Assembly (NCBI GenBank): GCA_964057225.1
Contig: OZ059900.1
Span: 7,130,001-7,194,000 of the forward strand
DNA: 64,000 nt
Direction of reading: 5' to 3'
Source: Auanema rhodensis
Lineage: Eukaryota > Animalia > Nematoda
Part shown: positions 40,245 to 51,626 of the stretch, piece after piece
How positions within the stretch are numbered: the first letter of the stretch is position 1
Layout of the letters: each line of letters opens with the position of its first letter
Translations under genes and position numbers: made by a program
Notes under the pieces: generated by a model
Database searches by the model: none
Seen by the model: the letters and a program-made list of their open reading frames with translations, nothing else
Told to the model about the DNA's origin: nothing

Positions 40245-42630
40245 AAACATTCTATCCATCTTTTCAATATCACATTTATCACTATGTTTTTCAGCTTGTC
40301 CCAACCTTTTTTATAAACATTATCTACTCTGATTGTATCTATACCTTTTAATAATTAAGTCTGAAGAATCAGCATTTTCTTTCAATCCAGTTTTGTAGAT
40401 CAGGAACTTTTGAAATTAAGTTATCCAATCCTTCTAATTCTTCATTTGTAGGTGTGTACCTATTTATCTGTTTCTCCATTCGAAAAATTCACAAACACTT
40501 CGAGGAAGATTGCTTTCGCTTACACAGGCACTTTTAGGAAACTTGCTGACGCAGATCCTTATTTATTAGGCAAATTGTTTTTCTAATATTCCTTTATGTC
40601 ATGAGGATTTACAATCCGATATTCCACATTACCATAATTCCATACCATTATTCCTTAATTCCATACCATTACTCACTATTTCCATACCATCATTCCATTC
40701 TGATCCATTGATATGAACCTACTGATAACTTTAGTGTTTCTATAAGAGAATTAATGTTTGATGGCAAGAATTTAACATTCTCTGACGCATCCATAGAATC
40801 TGCAAGACATTCACCTCGTGATAGAAACTTTGCAAAGCAGAAACTTTAGAAAAGAAACCTCATTTGAATTCAGATCTTTATGACTTGGTAAAAAAATCAA
40901 TACATGAACCACTTTCAGTATTTGGTGTTTTTGTTACACTACTTTCAGTAGCTTGATTTTTAGAACATAGAATAATATTCTTTCATGAACTTCCATTTAT
41001 CACTAGCATGAACATTATATCTCTTCGAAGTCTAATCAAATCCTTGATATAAAGCATCAGAACACAAAAATATTTCTCTATAGTTTTGAGTTTTTTTTTT
41101 TATTTTCAAATGTATGATTCTTATTTGATGGATTGTATATTAATGAATATCCTGCATTACTTTTAGCTCTAGGATCTTGGAGATAAGTAGCAATTAGAAT
41201 ACTTTCTTCAATTGAAGAACTTTGAGTATTTTTGGGACTACTTGATTGAATTTATTTAGTAGGAGTTACCGGATTTTGAGGTGGTAGAATTTGCGGTTGA
41301 TTATTCAATCCTTCAAATGTTTTAAGAGTTTGAACCATTTTATTCTTTGCATCAATTATTTTTTCTTGTAGTTTCTCATTTGATTCTAATATGGGTTTGA
41401 ATACTTCAATTCTATGATTTTATAATTTTATAATTTCATCAATGATTTTGATATTCACTTAATAAAAGGATCTCCTTCGGATTCACCTGTGAATTATAGT
41501 GAAGAAAATCTGAAGGAAAGGAAAATAGTTGAAGTTCGTAGAAAAGCGGCAATGATTAGAAGTGAGTTGACAAAATACATCTTCAAATCTAGAGAAATCC
41601 AAACTATGAGAAACCAAGAAATGATTGATTTCATTTTGAAGTTTAACGACGTGTTTACAGATTAAACACTAGAAACTTCGTTTTGTTATGGAATTTGGAT
41701 TTTTCTTTAAAATTTTTTTCTATATAAAACTGAAGTCGACTCCTTCTAGAATTTGAAAAATTAAATTATTGAATAGCTAAACATAACAATGACCAAAGCA
41801 TCAGATCAACTTCGTAAAGAAGTTAGAATAATCAATAAACGTAGAAAATAATTAATGACTCATATTCAGATAACAAAAATGAAGGGAGATGAAATGAGAC
41901 AATTTATACTGAAGTATTCTACCAATGATACAGAAGATAAAGATATTAACGTTTCCAAAACTACTGCTTACAAGAATATGATATAATACCGAACATTTAC
42001 CACACAATCGAAACTAATGGCCTTTCTTTTTACAATACTCTTGTAAGAAAGAATTTTACTTCAATCTCAGAAAGAAGAAAAATCTAGTAGTGAGTGATAT
42101 CTTCAAAGATTGCGATATCAGAATAATTTTTTATCTAGAATGTTAGAACGCTGTAAGGGCTAGTAGTGATATACATAAATATGAATATACTTCTTTCGAC
42201 ATTGACCTCTCAAGTGGAATCCAAATTCTTTGCTCTGGAGAAAATAGACATACTTTCTTTCAGAATATAATTCAACTTTTGATAAATAAAATCATTGGAA
42301 ATCATGAAGACATGAAAAATGGAGTGATCTCTAAGCTCTACTTATGTAATAGGTGTGGATTAAAATGTAGAGATATTCACAACCTTCAAAGACATATTGG
42401 TAATTGTCAATTAGAACAAATCGATGTCTTCTCAAAATATCCAAAACTGTGGAATACGAATAGAAACATGATACTTGAACTTAGACTATTATGATGTTGA
42501 GGTGGGTTTTACGTATGCCATCTCCTTGTTTTTGATTTTAAAGCTTTTCAGTAAAAAATTAAAGGGGAAATTATTATACTTCGAAGAAAACCAGAAATTA
42601 CTAAAGAAGTAAAGGATCTCACAGGAAAAT
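40245..42630. mobile_element. Degenerate Polinton/Maverick (adintovirus-like) element fragment
   Basis: Intron-less ORF remnants broken by stops and frameshifts on both strands. Plus strand: YLCNRCGLKCRDIHNLQRHIGNC zinc finger followed by YPKLWNTNRNMILEL..YDVEV..HLLVFDFKA (42279-42553), resembling the Zn-finger/'FDFEA' region of Polinton pPolB ORFs. Minus strand: EVFKPILESNEKL (~41410) and NVKFLPSNINSLIETLKLSVGSYQ (40779-40708), resembling motifs of Polinton accessory proteins. Confidence 0.6.
40636..40699. repeat. Three ~21-bp tandem units with core TTCCATACCAT
   Basis: attccataccattattcctta / attccataccattactcacta / ttttccataccatcattccatt. Confidence 0.8.
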
Positions 42631-43309
42631 GAACGTATCATTCTTTCTTTGCATTCCTATAAGACTTTTATTTCTCTCTCTCACTCTGTCTCTTTATTTC
42701 TCTTGATTTTTTAATAAGTTTGTGGAAAGAAGAGATTCCTATTGTTACGTGTTGTTTGAGGCTTAAATTGAAGAGGAGTTGTACTTGCTTTCAGTCTGTT
42801 GAGATTCTCTTCTTGTTATGACAATGGATTACTAGTGAACACTTTTCTCACAAAACGTTTAGGACTGTGATAGAATTGTAATATTTTTTGAAAAGAACAT
42901 AAAAATGAGCTAAAGAATTTGAAAAAAATGTCCTATTGCATAGCTTTTCTGAGAATGAGCTATTAAATTACTTTTAGTGATTATGGAAAAAGCGGAATTG
43001 GTAAAAATTAATGAATAAGTTGTACAGGTTTCAAAATCGAGACAAAAAGCAAGATATACACTACTATTTGAATATGTTTTGAAATTTTGGCATACTACTA
43101 GTCTTTTTTCTCTTATATTCTCAGTACTTTAGTATTTCTTTGTTCTTATAGATGTACCTATACTATATATAATATCTAGCTTATGAGAAAACGATATAAA
43201 ATATCAAAATAATGACGGTTGAATAATAGACTGAGGAATAACTCATGTGATACAGCATATTTCATCAACAATATTGTAGATTACATTGACTAGTTACTTT
43301 CTCACATGA

Positions 43310-46300
43310 TTGTATGCATGACTATTCAGGGTAATTTCAAAGTATTCAAATTGATAAACGGCAGGAAACTAGGAAAGAGAGTAAAAAAATGTATGTTGGA
43401 AGTTGTATGCATTATATACATAAAGTGCATCGTGAGTGGTCTGAGTTAATCTGTTAGATGTTCTGATGTTTGCACAACATTTTTGAATTTTACTTTTTGT
43501 GCTCTTAATTAATTAAATAAATTGTAAAAAAGTTTAATTTGTTTTCATGAATGTAAGACTGGGTAAAAATTTGCAAGCGTTCGTATGATAAACTCTCGTC
43601 AGAGTTCATTTTTTCAGCTGAAGAACGGAAAAATATTAAGAAAGCTATAAAGTCTAGCTATTGATGATGTCATTTATCAAGTGGGCTAGTAGTTAAATAT
43701 TAATCTATGGACAGTACATGATATCAGTCGTGCACTAATTATTGCTTTAGATCATTCCTCATAATTAAATAATGTTGACTAATTATCTGTAGCTGGTTTG
43801 AAGGTCTCAAACAGGTGGCAGTGGACGAGCAAAACGTAACACTCAAACAACGTTTTTCTGTCTTCAAGAATCTTTTTTTCCTTCATATTTTCAGCCATAG
43901 CTAATACACAGCATGCCCACACATCACAATAAAATGAAAATCACGAAACAGCATTAGATGATGATACATCACATGGACACGTGTTCAACACATCGATTCA
44001 GCCATCAATGTAAACAACGAAAGAATTCAAGAGAACACAATAAAAAAAAACAATTTGTTGTTGAGATAATGCTGTTATCTGTTCACTACACTACAAGTGC
44101 AATAATTTGGAAGTTTATGGCGGCAACGCAAAACGAAAGGGAAATTCTTTCAGAATTATTGTAAACAGCAACTCAAAAACAGTTGCGCTAAATGCTTCAT
44201 CATTTTGTGGTTTTAATTAATATTTTTATCATAATAAGCAGTGTGCCTCTGCTTGAATATGAATAACAAATCTTGCCAAGTATTAATGCGCTTCGCAGAC
44301 ATTTTATATTCAATTGATTTTTTTCATTTTTGAAATAAATAAATATGTATATTTTTCATTTTCACTCCCATGTGAAAGCACGAGTACAATTAATGTTATA
44401 TCATTTAAATGTGTGCTCCTATTGTCATTACGAACGGTTATTATGATGCTTTGTTTTGGCTTTCTGTAAGCATGCATTTGCCTTATCGGATGAGAAATCG
44501 CTTTCATGAAAAAAAATTTGAATTGTTTCAATTTTTAGAGATATTTCGAGCTATTAGAACTTTGGTTAAAAATGAGATAAAAAGGTACTGATATTCATTT
44601 GTACTTGCTGTTTCAGAACATTTTACAACGATATTTCTTGGTGATAATAGAATGAAATTGCCTATTGAATCTCCTATTCTTGTCAAAGGTTTGTTTCAAA
44701 CTTTTTTGTTATTCAGACATTTGACCAATAAAAGCCATTTCATAAAAGAGAAATTGGAAAAATCGAATAGGTGAATAAGCTCCCATACAGAGCGAACCTG
44801 ATGATCATAACCCTATCTATATAGGAATATGAGAAGTATTGTTTCTCATTCATTGTCTAAAATATTAAAATTAAAAAAATCATAAGATACATGAATATTT
44901 CTTTTCAAAATCAAACATGTGCTTCCCCAGATTCATAAGCCAATTTTAATTTTGTACATTTGTCATTGTCACATTATGTTCATAGTATAATTACTATCAG
45001 CTCAAAAAATTTAGCCTACAATCAAGCACGGAAGGTGTGAAAAATAGGCAATTCAAATGTAATTCGATAGTTAAACAAGTAATGAGACAATGATGTTGTC
45101 AGATTTTTAACAAAACGTCAGCCATGATGATCATTCATTTTATTTCAGCAATGTGATCATGTTTTCGAACTTTGGTGTTTTCCTACTATTGTCTATCACC
45201 AAGATTAAAGCTCGATCATGTGAATATTGCATTGCATTTGCAAAATTTTCGAACAAGATATAAAATCGTGAAGATATTGATTATTTTTAAAAAATTAAGA
45301 TGTTCATTCATATAAGTGACCCGCATTAATATGACAGATTACTCCAGTTAGCCATAACTATTATATTCCAGATATGAATTATTACTATACATATATCACT
45401 CTCAGCACATATATCAACGAAATTTCCCGGTAATATTTTTTTTACTCCACCTGCTCTAACTGATTATACACAGATGTTAATAAGACACAAGAAGATATGA
45501 GGTTGTATGCATATTTTTACTGTCTTTTCTTGTTGTTGTAATCTATGTTCTATACCTGTTTGATGAACAAATACTAATAAATATAAGTATTACGTTATTT
45601 TACTATTTCATATTGTTATGGTTATTAGTAACTTAATTCCGTCATATATTGGCCCCAAGCGTAATAGATTGTGAAATATGAGTCAGTTAGTTTTAATTAG
45701 CGAACCTCAATAATTTGACTATAAACTTTACAAAATATAGTTTTAATAAAAATTATTATTAATTTGTGGATAAATTAGAAAATATCGTAGCAGAAAACTG
45801 GTGCATTCTTGGGAAGTGCATACCTAATTGATAATAGTAATTATGTATATAATCAGAAGCATCATTCAATTTCTAGATTCATCATTGAATTGATTTTTTT
45901 GATAATTTTTCTTTTTGATCTGCTTAGTTTCTTTGTTTTATGTTATGAACAAATAATTAAAATTTCTATTCATATCTTGATCTTCATCATTCAGCCTTTT
46001 TCAATATATCAATGTCACATTTCAGTTACAAATGGAGATTCAAACAGCATTAGACGTTGAAAAAACCATATAGACGAAAAGAAAGGGCGATCAAAATGGT
46101 TATGAATGACAAATTTGAAAACAAAATTGAAAATAATTCGAGAATTATACCTAACATCTGTGATTGAGATGCTGAAAGATAGGGTTAATTCATAAAAATT
46201 GGAGAATAAGATTCAAATACGGTGCTTAAAGTATAACATTATTTTTCCTTTAAAATATTTATAACGATTATATTTCGCAATAGCAAGCTGATTCGTTTTT

Positions 46301-47084
46301 GACTAGAAATATATATTTGTTTGCTGAGTGCTTCATGAGATATCAACTGAAGAATTTGAACTGAATAACGACGTGATATTGTAGGAAAAGTTTTTTAAAC
46401 TTTTTGAAGATCATCAGCATAGTCACGGTTTTTGCATGAGTAGTACACTCCAAGAATAACTGCAACAAATGCAGAAAGAGCAACCACAAAAGCTTCAAAC
46501 ACAAGATCAGCATTGTCAGGCTCGTACTCGATGTCAATCATCTCATCAGTCTGTAAATAATGGTAATGATTAATAAAAATCAGGATATATTTGAATTTCA
46601 AGTCTTTGGAATTATTTTGGTATCTGATTTGTTTTTTTTACTCCAGTATTCAGTTTATTTAATGTTAACGAATTCTGGTGCATTTTATGAATTGTTGTAT
46701 TCATCGTCAGGCTACTCTAGTTGTATATGAAGAAAACGCTTTTTTTTCGCGATATTACTTGCATCGTACGACATAGATCGCATGCAATTGTTTGTCGTTT
46801 AGGCAGTTGCTAATGTCTCCTTAAGCAGTTTATCATCAGTGTATTGGTAGTAAACCGGGGCAAAGAAAGGGAAACAACGCTAGGATTACTAAAGTCACAC
46901 GATTGTCTGGCTACGTGTTTGAACTTTTGTCATCTGTCATAACAACATTAGTGGCAGTTTATAGCAGATAAATCATTTGCTGCATGAGATTCAATTCATA
47001 TATGATATAGTATAGTTTGATGTTAAGAAAAGAACAAAAAAAGGACAAAGATGAATGATGTTGAACAAAAGCATCTAGAGGTGA
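43310..47084 (-). repeat. Right arm of 3,775-bp inverted duplication
   Basis: Reverse complement of 36470-40244. Substitutions seen at 43328, 44339, 44349, 45345, 46711 and 46838. Confidence 0.97.
46395..46550 (-). pseudogene. Orphan inverted copy of the terminal (TM-encoding) exon of the 35045-37159 gene
   Basis: Same translation, TDEMIDIEYEPDNADLVFEAFVVALSAFVAVILGVYYSCKNRDYADDLQKV*, with an intact acceptor. Upstream exons are absent because the duplication ends inside the intron at 47084. Confidence 0.9.
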
Positions 47085-49911
47085 AATATTTAATATAATA
47101 CCACTTTCCATAAAAAATAGACATCAACAAAAAAATTGATTGAATCAAAGTCAAGGGAATGTATAAAACTTATTAAAGATAAGCACTTTTTAGTGCTTTT
47201 AAAATTTACTTCGTACTTTTTTTAAAAAAAAGTGTTGTAAACGAGGTGGTTCACTGACATCAGAGAATGAAAATGTGTCAAAATGACTGAGATGTCGAAA
47301 TGGTATTATAATCCCTCTATACATCATTATTTATTTTTATTTTCAAACAAGCGTATAACAATATACACATTGACAAAAACTAATTCGAGTCACACGTGCA
47401 TATGTGCTTTATATACTATGTGATACGCTTATTGTAACAAATAGGAAAAACTTCACAGGTGCCAAAATATATGTTTGCGTATTGTCAATAAAGAAAATAA
47501 CCGTTTTTCAAAGAAATTATGTTATTGTTGATAAAAAATTCTAAAAAGATAGCATATTTGAATGCAATAAATTTATTTCATTATAATTTTATCATAAAAT
47601 AACCACGTATTATTGGTTTCTAATGGTATCCAAAAATAAAACGTTATAAACAATTTATAATGTGTATTCTGTTCTATCAGAAGGCAGGCAAATTTTAGAA
47701 TTAACGTACCTTATTATTTTTCCTTTAGTGATATTAGGAAGTTTATGCCAAAATTTCTACTTTCCATTGTACTTGTTAAACTTGCTAAGATTCCAATTTA
47801 TGAAGTATTATGTTGTTTCCTGATAAAATATCTTGTAATACCATGATAACATAACAAGCAATGAAGCATTTTTTTATTTAAATATATTTATACAACAATG
47901 GACAATCATAATAAAAATTTATGAACCTTTCTCAGAAATTCTTAAAAATATGTTCAAAAGCCCCGATAAACAAGTAAGTTTCAAAAAATAATTATAATTA
48001 GGTTAATAAATATGATTCTTTCAAATGAGAGAAAGGAAAATGATTTGAAAAAGAAGAAAAAATGAACATAACAGGGTTGAAGCTGAAGTAGAGAAAGTTA
48101 ATCAATCACAATCACAAGTTAAGTCTCACGTTGAACAAGTAGATATAGATCACACTATCGGATAATGTTTTAGTTGTCAGGTTTATACTAAAAACAAGCA
48201 ATGTTTCGACTAAAAATGAGAAAGTTTAGAAAAAAGAAAAGTAAAAGTAAAAATAATGGAACCTATTTGAGGTAATCATACAGCTCACTTGATGAAATAG
48301 AAATTACAGGAAAATTATGAGAATGAAACTGTACTAGCTGTTTAAATCAAATACACGTAATATGTGACAGTTATTGCGTATGCGTAAGTATTGTCCGGTA
48401 CAGAAAAAATTTGAAAAGAGAACAGTTAGTGCTATTCAATGACGTAAAGGTAAAACAAGTTTAACGATTACAATATGGCAAAAATTATACAGAAACTAGT
48501 TCGGCTTTCATTTTCTGGTTTTATTTTTTTTGCTTTGCAAAAGAAAATAGAAAATAAACCGGCGGTTGCAAACTGAAGGAAAGTATCAATGCATTGTAAA
48601 TTTAAAAATTAAATACAGAATTAAAGAGCTGTAGGATGGAATTCTATTTGTTGTTGAGGAAGAATAACGGGTGAAAGGCGAAAAACAGATAATTGGCATA
48701 TTAATGAGAATTTGAATGGATGTATATATATAGATCAAAGCTATTCAGATTGAGTGAAACAAAGATAGGAAAAGATGTAGTATATGATGACAGATTAGAT
48801 TATAATACATACATATATAATATACAATATAAATTTCCAAATCACAAGGACTAATCAAGACACGGATATTAAGCCTCTTTGATGTTATTAAAGATTTTTT
48901 CTTGAAGTTATTGCTCCCCAGTCTGTATTGGCAGAAATGTGAGAAGCAATTTCCAGATCTACGTATGCAACATATTTGCGTATCGAACAGCAATAACTGT
49001 TGCAACAGACAAGTACTTCCTTTGAAAAAAACTCAAAATACATCGTGTTCTTTCAAGAAGCGCTTTGCGAAGTGTGGAATGAAAAATGAATCTCGAAGAT
49101 TTGAATAAGCACATAAGTGTATTCGAGCAATCACTCTGATATGTGATACTCCGATCTCCTGAAATGAAATTTTTACACTCATTTTTATTTTTTATTTTTT
49201 ACTATTTTCAATTTTCAATTTCATTTTAGTTAACAATTCGAGGATTCAAAACAATCTGTTGTACTTTTCATCAAAGCGCTAAGGTCAGTTGCAAAAGAAA
49301 ACAATATGTGAAATAAAGCAAGCACGTGCTCAAACCTCAATCGATTAATGCATAACAGAACCCTCAGATTAAATACACTCACATGATTGAGAGTCCGCCA
49401 GAAACACAGTCTGCATTACATCACGAGACGATCAAATTTGAAATAAAGAACGTGAGTAACAAAAGAGATCCTGTTGCACATTTTGGAAGGAACGGAAGGA
49501 AGCATTTTAAATATGAAGTGGAAATATGAGACTCAGCATAAAAATGTTGGCAAAATTATCTCGAGAGTAGAATGTATCTCCACGTAATATAAACTTTTCA
49601 CCTTCAAAAAAAAAGACAAATAACAACAGATTATAAGAAAAAGAGGCAGGGTTTAGTTAAAAATTTTTGCACCATGAAAAATGAAATTGAATCATACTTG
49701 AAGTAAGTAACATTAAACAAAGTTTCCCCACGCGCAAACTCCGTAAACGTTAAAAAAACGATATTATAAAAGTAAATGTACCCAAAAGTTGCGCAATTCA
49801 TGCTAAGAGAGTTGAAATAAGTCAAATAATGCACATAATTGAGATAAACTTGAGCATAAAAAAAACAAAAAAACGTGTTAAATGTTAAAGCAACTGACCG
49901 GTTATGTAATA

Positions 49912-50686
49912 CTAGGCTTGAGGAACTTTATGATGTTTGTGCAGTGCTGTCGCAAACCATTGGACTACACGGCGGCTCTTGGATACTTTGCCGGAAGCAT
50001 TATCCGAGCTGCCTCGTTTTTTACTCGATTCGTCCATTCCACTGGAACTGCATGGAGAAGAAGATTTGGATGAGTTAGGCGATGACTTCTCGTTTCGTTG
50101 CTGTTTGGCTGCCTGCAGCTTAGCTGCTTGCGATGCGGTCAGCTTTTTGCTTGGTAACGAGCTAAGTTTGAGCGAAGGTTCAGATGCCGAAGGGCTGCAA
50201 GTATAGAAATAAGCAGTTGAATGAATATGAAAATGTGCGGTTATGATTGATGTCGTGGCAGTATGAGCGGAAGAACAGAGGGAATTCGATAAAGATTAGT
50301 TTGAATAGTCAATCACAAGTAATAATAATAAAAACGTTTTAAAAACGCGCCAAGTCACAATTACTGCTATTAATATAAGGAATAGCACAAATATGCATTG
50401 AATCATATATTAACTTAAAAATCTGACTTATTTCCAATCCAATGCTTGGTAACGAAAAGCAACAAGAAAGATAGCAAGTCGAAAAATATGTGAATGTATG
50501 ATTGAGATAAAAAACACAGAAAAAAGAAAAGATGCATAAAGCATACGAAAGACCGAAGGAGAACAGTTGATTTAGTATTATTTTATTGTTGTTTTCCGTA
50601 TGTCTGACTGTCTTTACTGGCGATTGTTTTATGTTCGTCTGTGTGTGTGTGTGTGTGTGTGTCTGTGTGTGTGTGTGTCTGTGTGT

Positions 50687-50748
<62 letters not shown>

Positions 50749-51626
50749 CTGTGGCTGTGTATCTGTGTATGATCACAACTATATTTGAAACTCTACATCC
50801 ATAATCTGATCAAACAATTGGTAGAAGTAAAAATGATTAGTAGTAAATAAAAAGAGAAAAAGCAAGTTCACATATATGGCATTTCGTAAAATATAAGATA
50901 ACATGATAATGACTAAATGATATATACTTAAGACTATGACTGAAGTTTAAAAAAATTGGGGAATGAAATGACAAGAAAAAATAAAAAAAGATGAAAAGAC
51001 AAAAGATAAGAACGCTGAGTGAGAGAAAGAAAATTAGCTGGGTGGTCGAAAAGAATAACATAGTGGTCTTTGAGTGAGAAATAGTCTAAAAGAGCAAACA
51101 TATAATTAAGAGTGTGTTAAAAGAATCAAATGATAATAATATAGAAATGTTATATGAAATATATGATTATATGTTAAAATTAGTTTAAATGAATTAAATT
51201 AAATTATAATGAGCGTGGAATGCATTTCAGTAATATTATTATGTACTAACGGAATCGGAAATCAGCCCATACTTACACAGTAGATTGAATTTTAAAAATT
51301 AATTAAAATAATATAACTTACATATTCTGAATAGCATTTTCGTTACGAATAAACATCTCTTCACCTTCTTGAATAGCCATTAGCGTAGATTTACGTTCGC
51401 GGAATGAATGATTATTAGTTGTGGAATTAGTAGAATTTGCTAGATTGCCGGTAGAAACACTGGTCCTATGCTTGACAGGAACCACACGACCAGCAGAGCT
51501 ACAGGTATTCTGCAGATTCTGGAACTGATCCAATGATTTGGCTCGGCTGCGCACGTTCTTGATTCCATTTGGCAACGGTCGGCTCGGAAACAGTCTCATA
51601 TCTTTGGTAACGATTGGCGCAAGCAT
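49912..51626 (-). CDS. Two-exon Ser/Lys/Arg-rich, probably disordered protein (~195 aa)
   Basis: Exon 1 (51626 to ~51322) reads MLAPIVTKDMRLFPSRPLPNGIKNVRSRAKSLDQ...NENAIQN and ends AT|gtaagt (phase 2). Exon 2 follows cttgcag (~50194-49912) and continues in frame: PSASEPSLKLSSLPSKKLTASQAAKLQAAKQQRNEKSS...RRVVQWFATALHKHHKVPQA*. Both segments are GC-elevated. Confidence 0.75.
50640..50752. repeat. Imperfect (GT)n microsatellite (intronic)
   Basis: Directly visible. Confidence 0.97.

Noticed and set aside
36470-47084. Intact Maverick or Foldback transposon with giant TIRs
   Set aside because: The arms start inside a host intron and contain a host exon. I saw no AG/AGT-repeat termini, no target-site duplication and no intact integrase, capsid or transposase ORF.
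48900-49158. Possible extra minus-strand exon after atttcag at ~49158
   Set aside because: I found no phase-compatible donor and the upstream gene already has a stop codon. It is unsupported without RNA data.
49875-50206. Plus-strand ORFs at 49875-50206
   Set aside because: They are antisense to the phase-consistent minus-strand exon.
50339-50804. HTHT/VCVC ORFs
   Set aside because: They are translations of an intronic (GT)n microsatellite.
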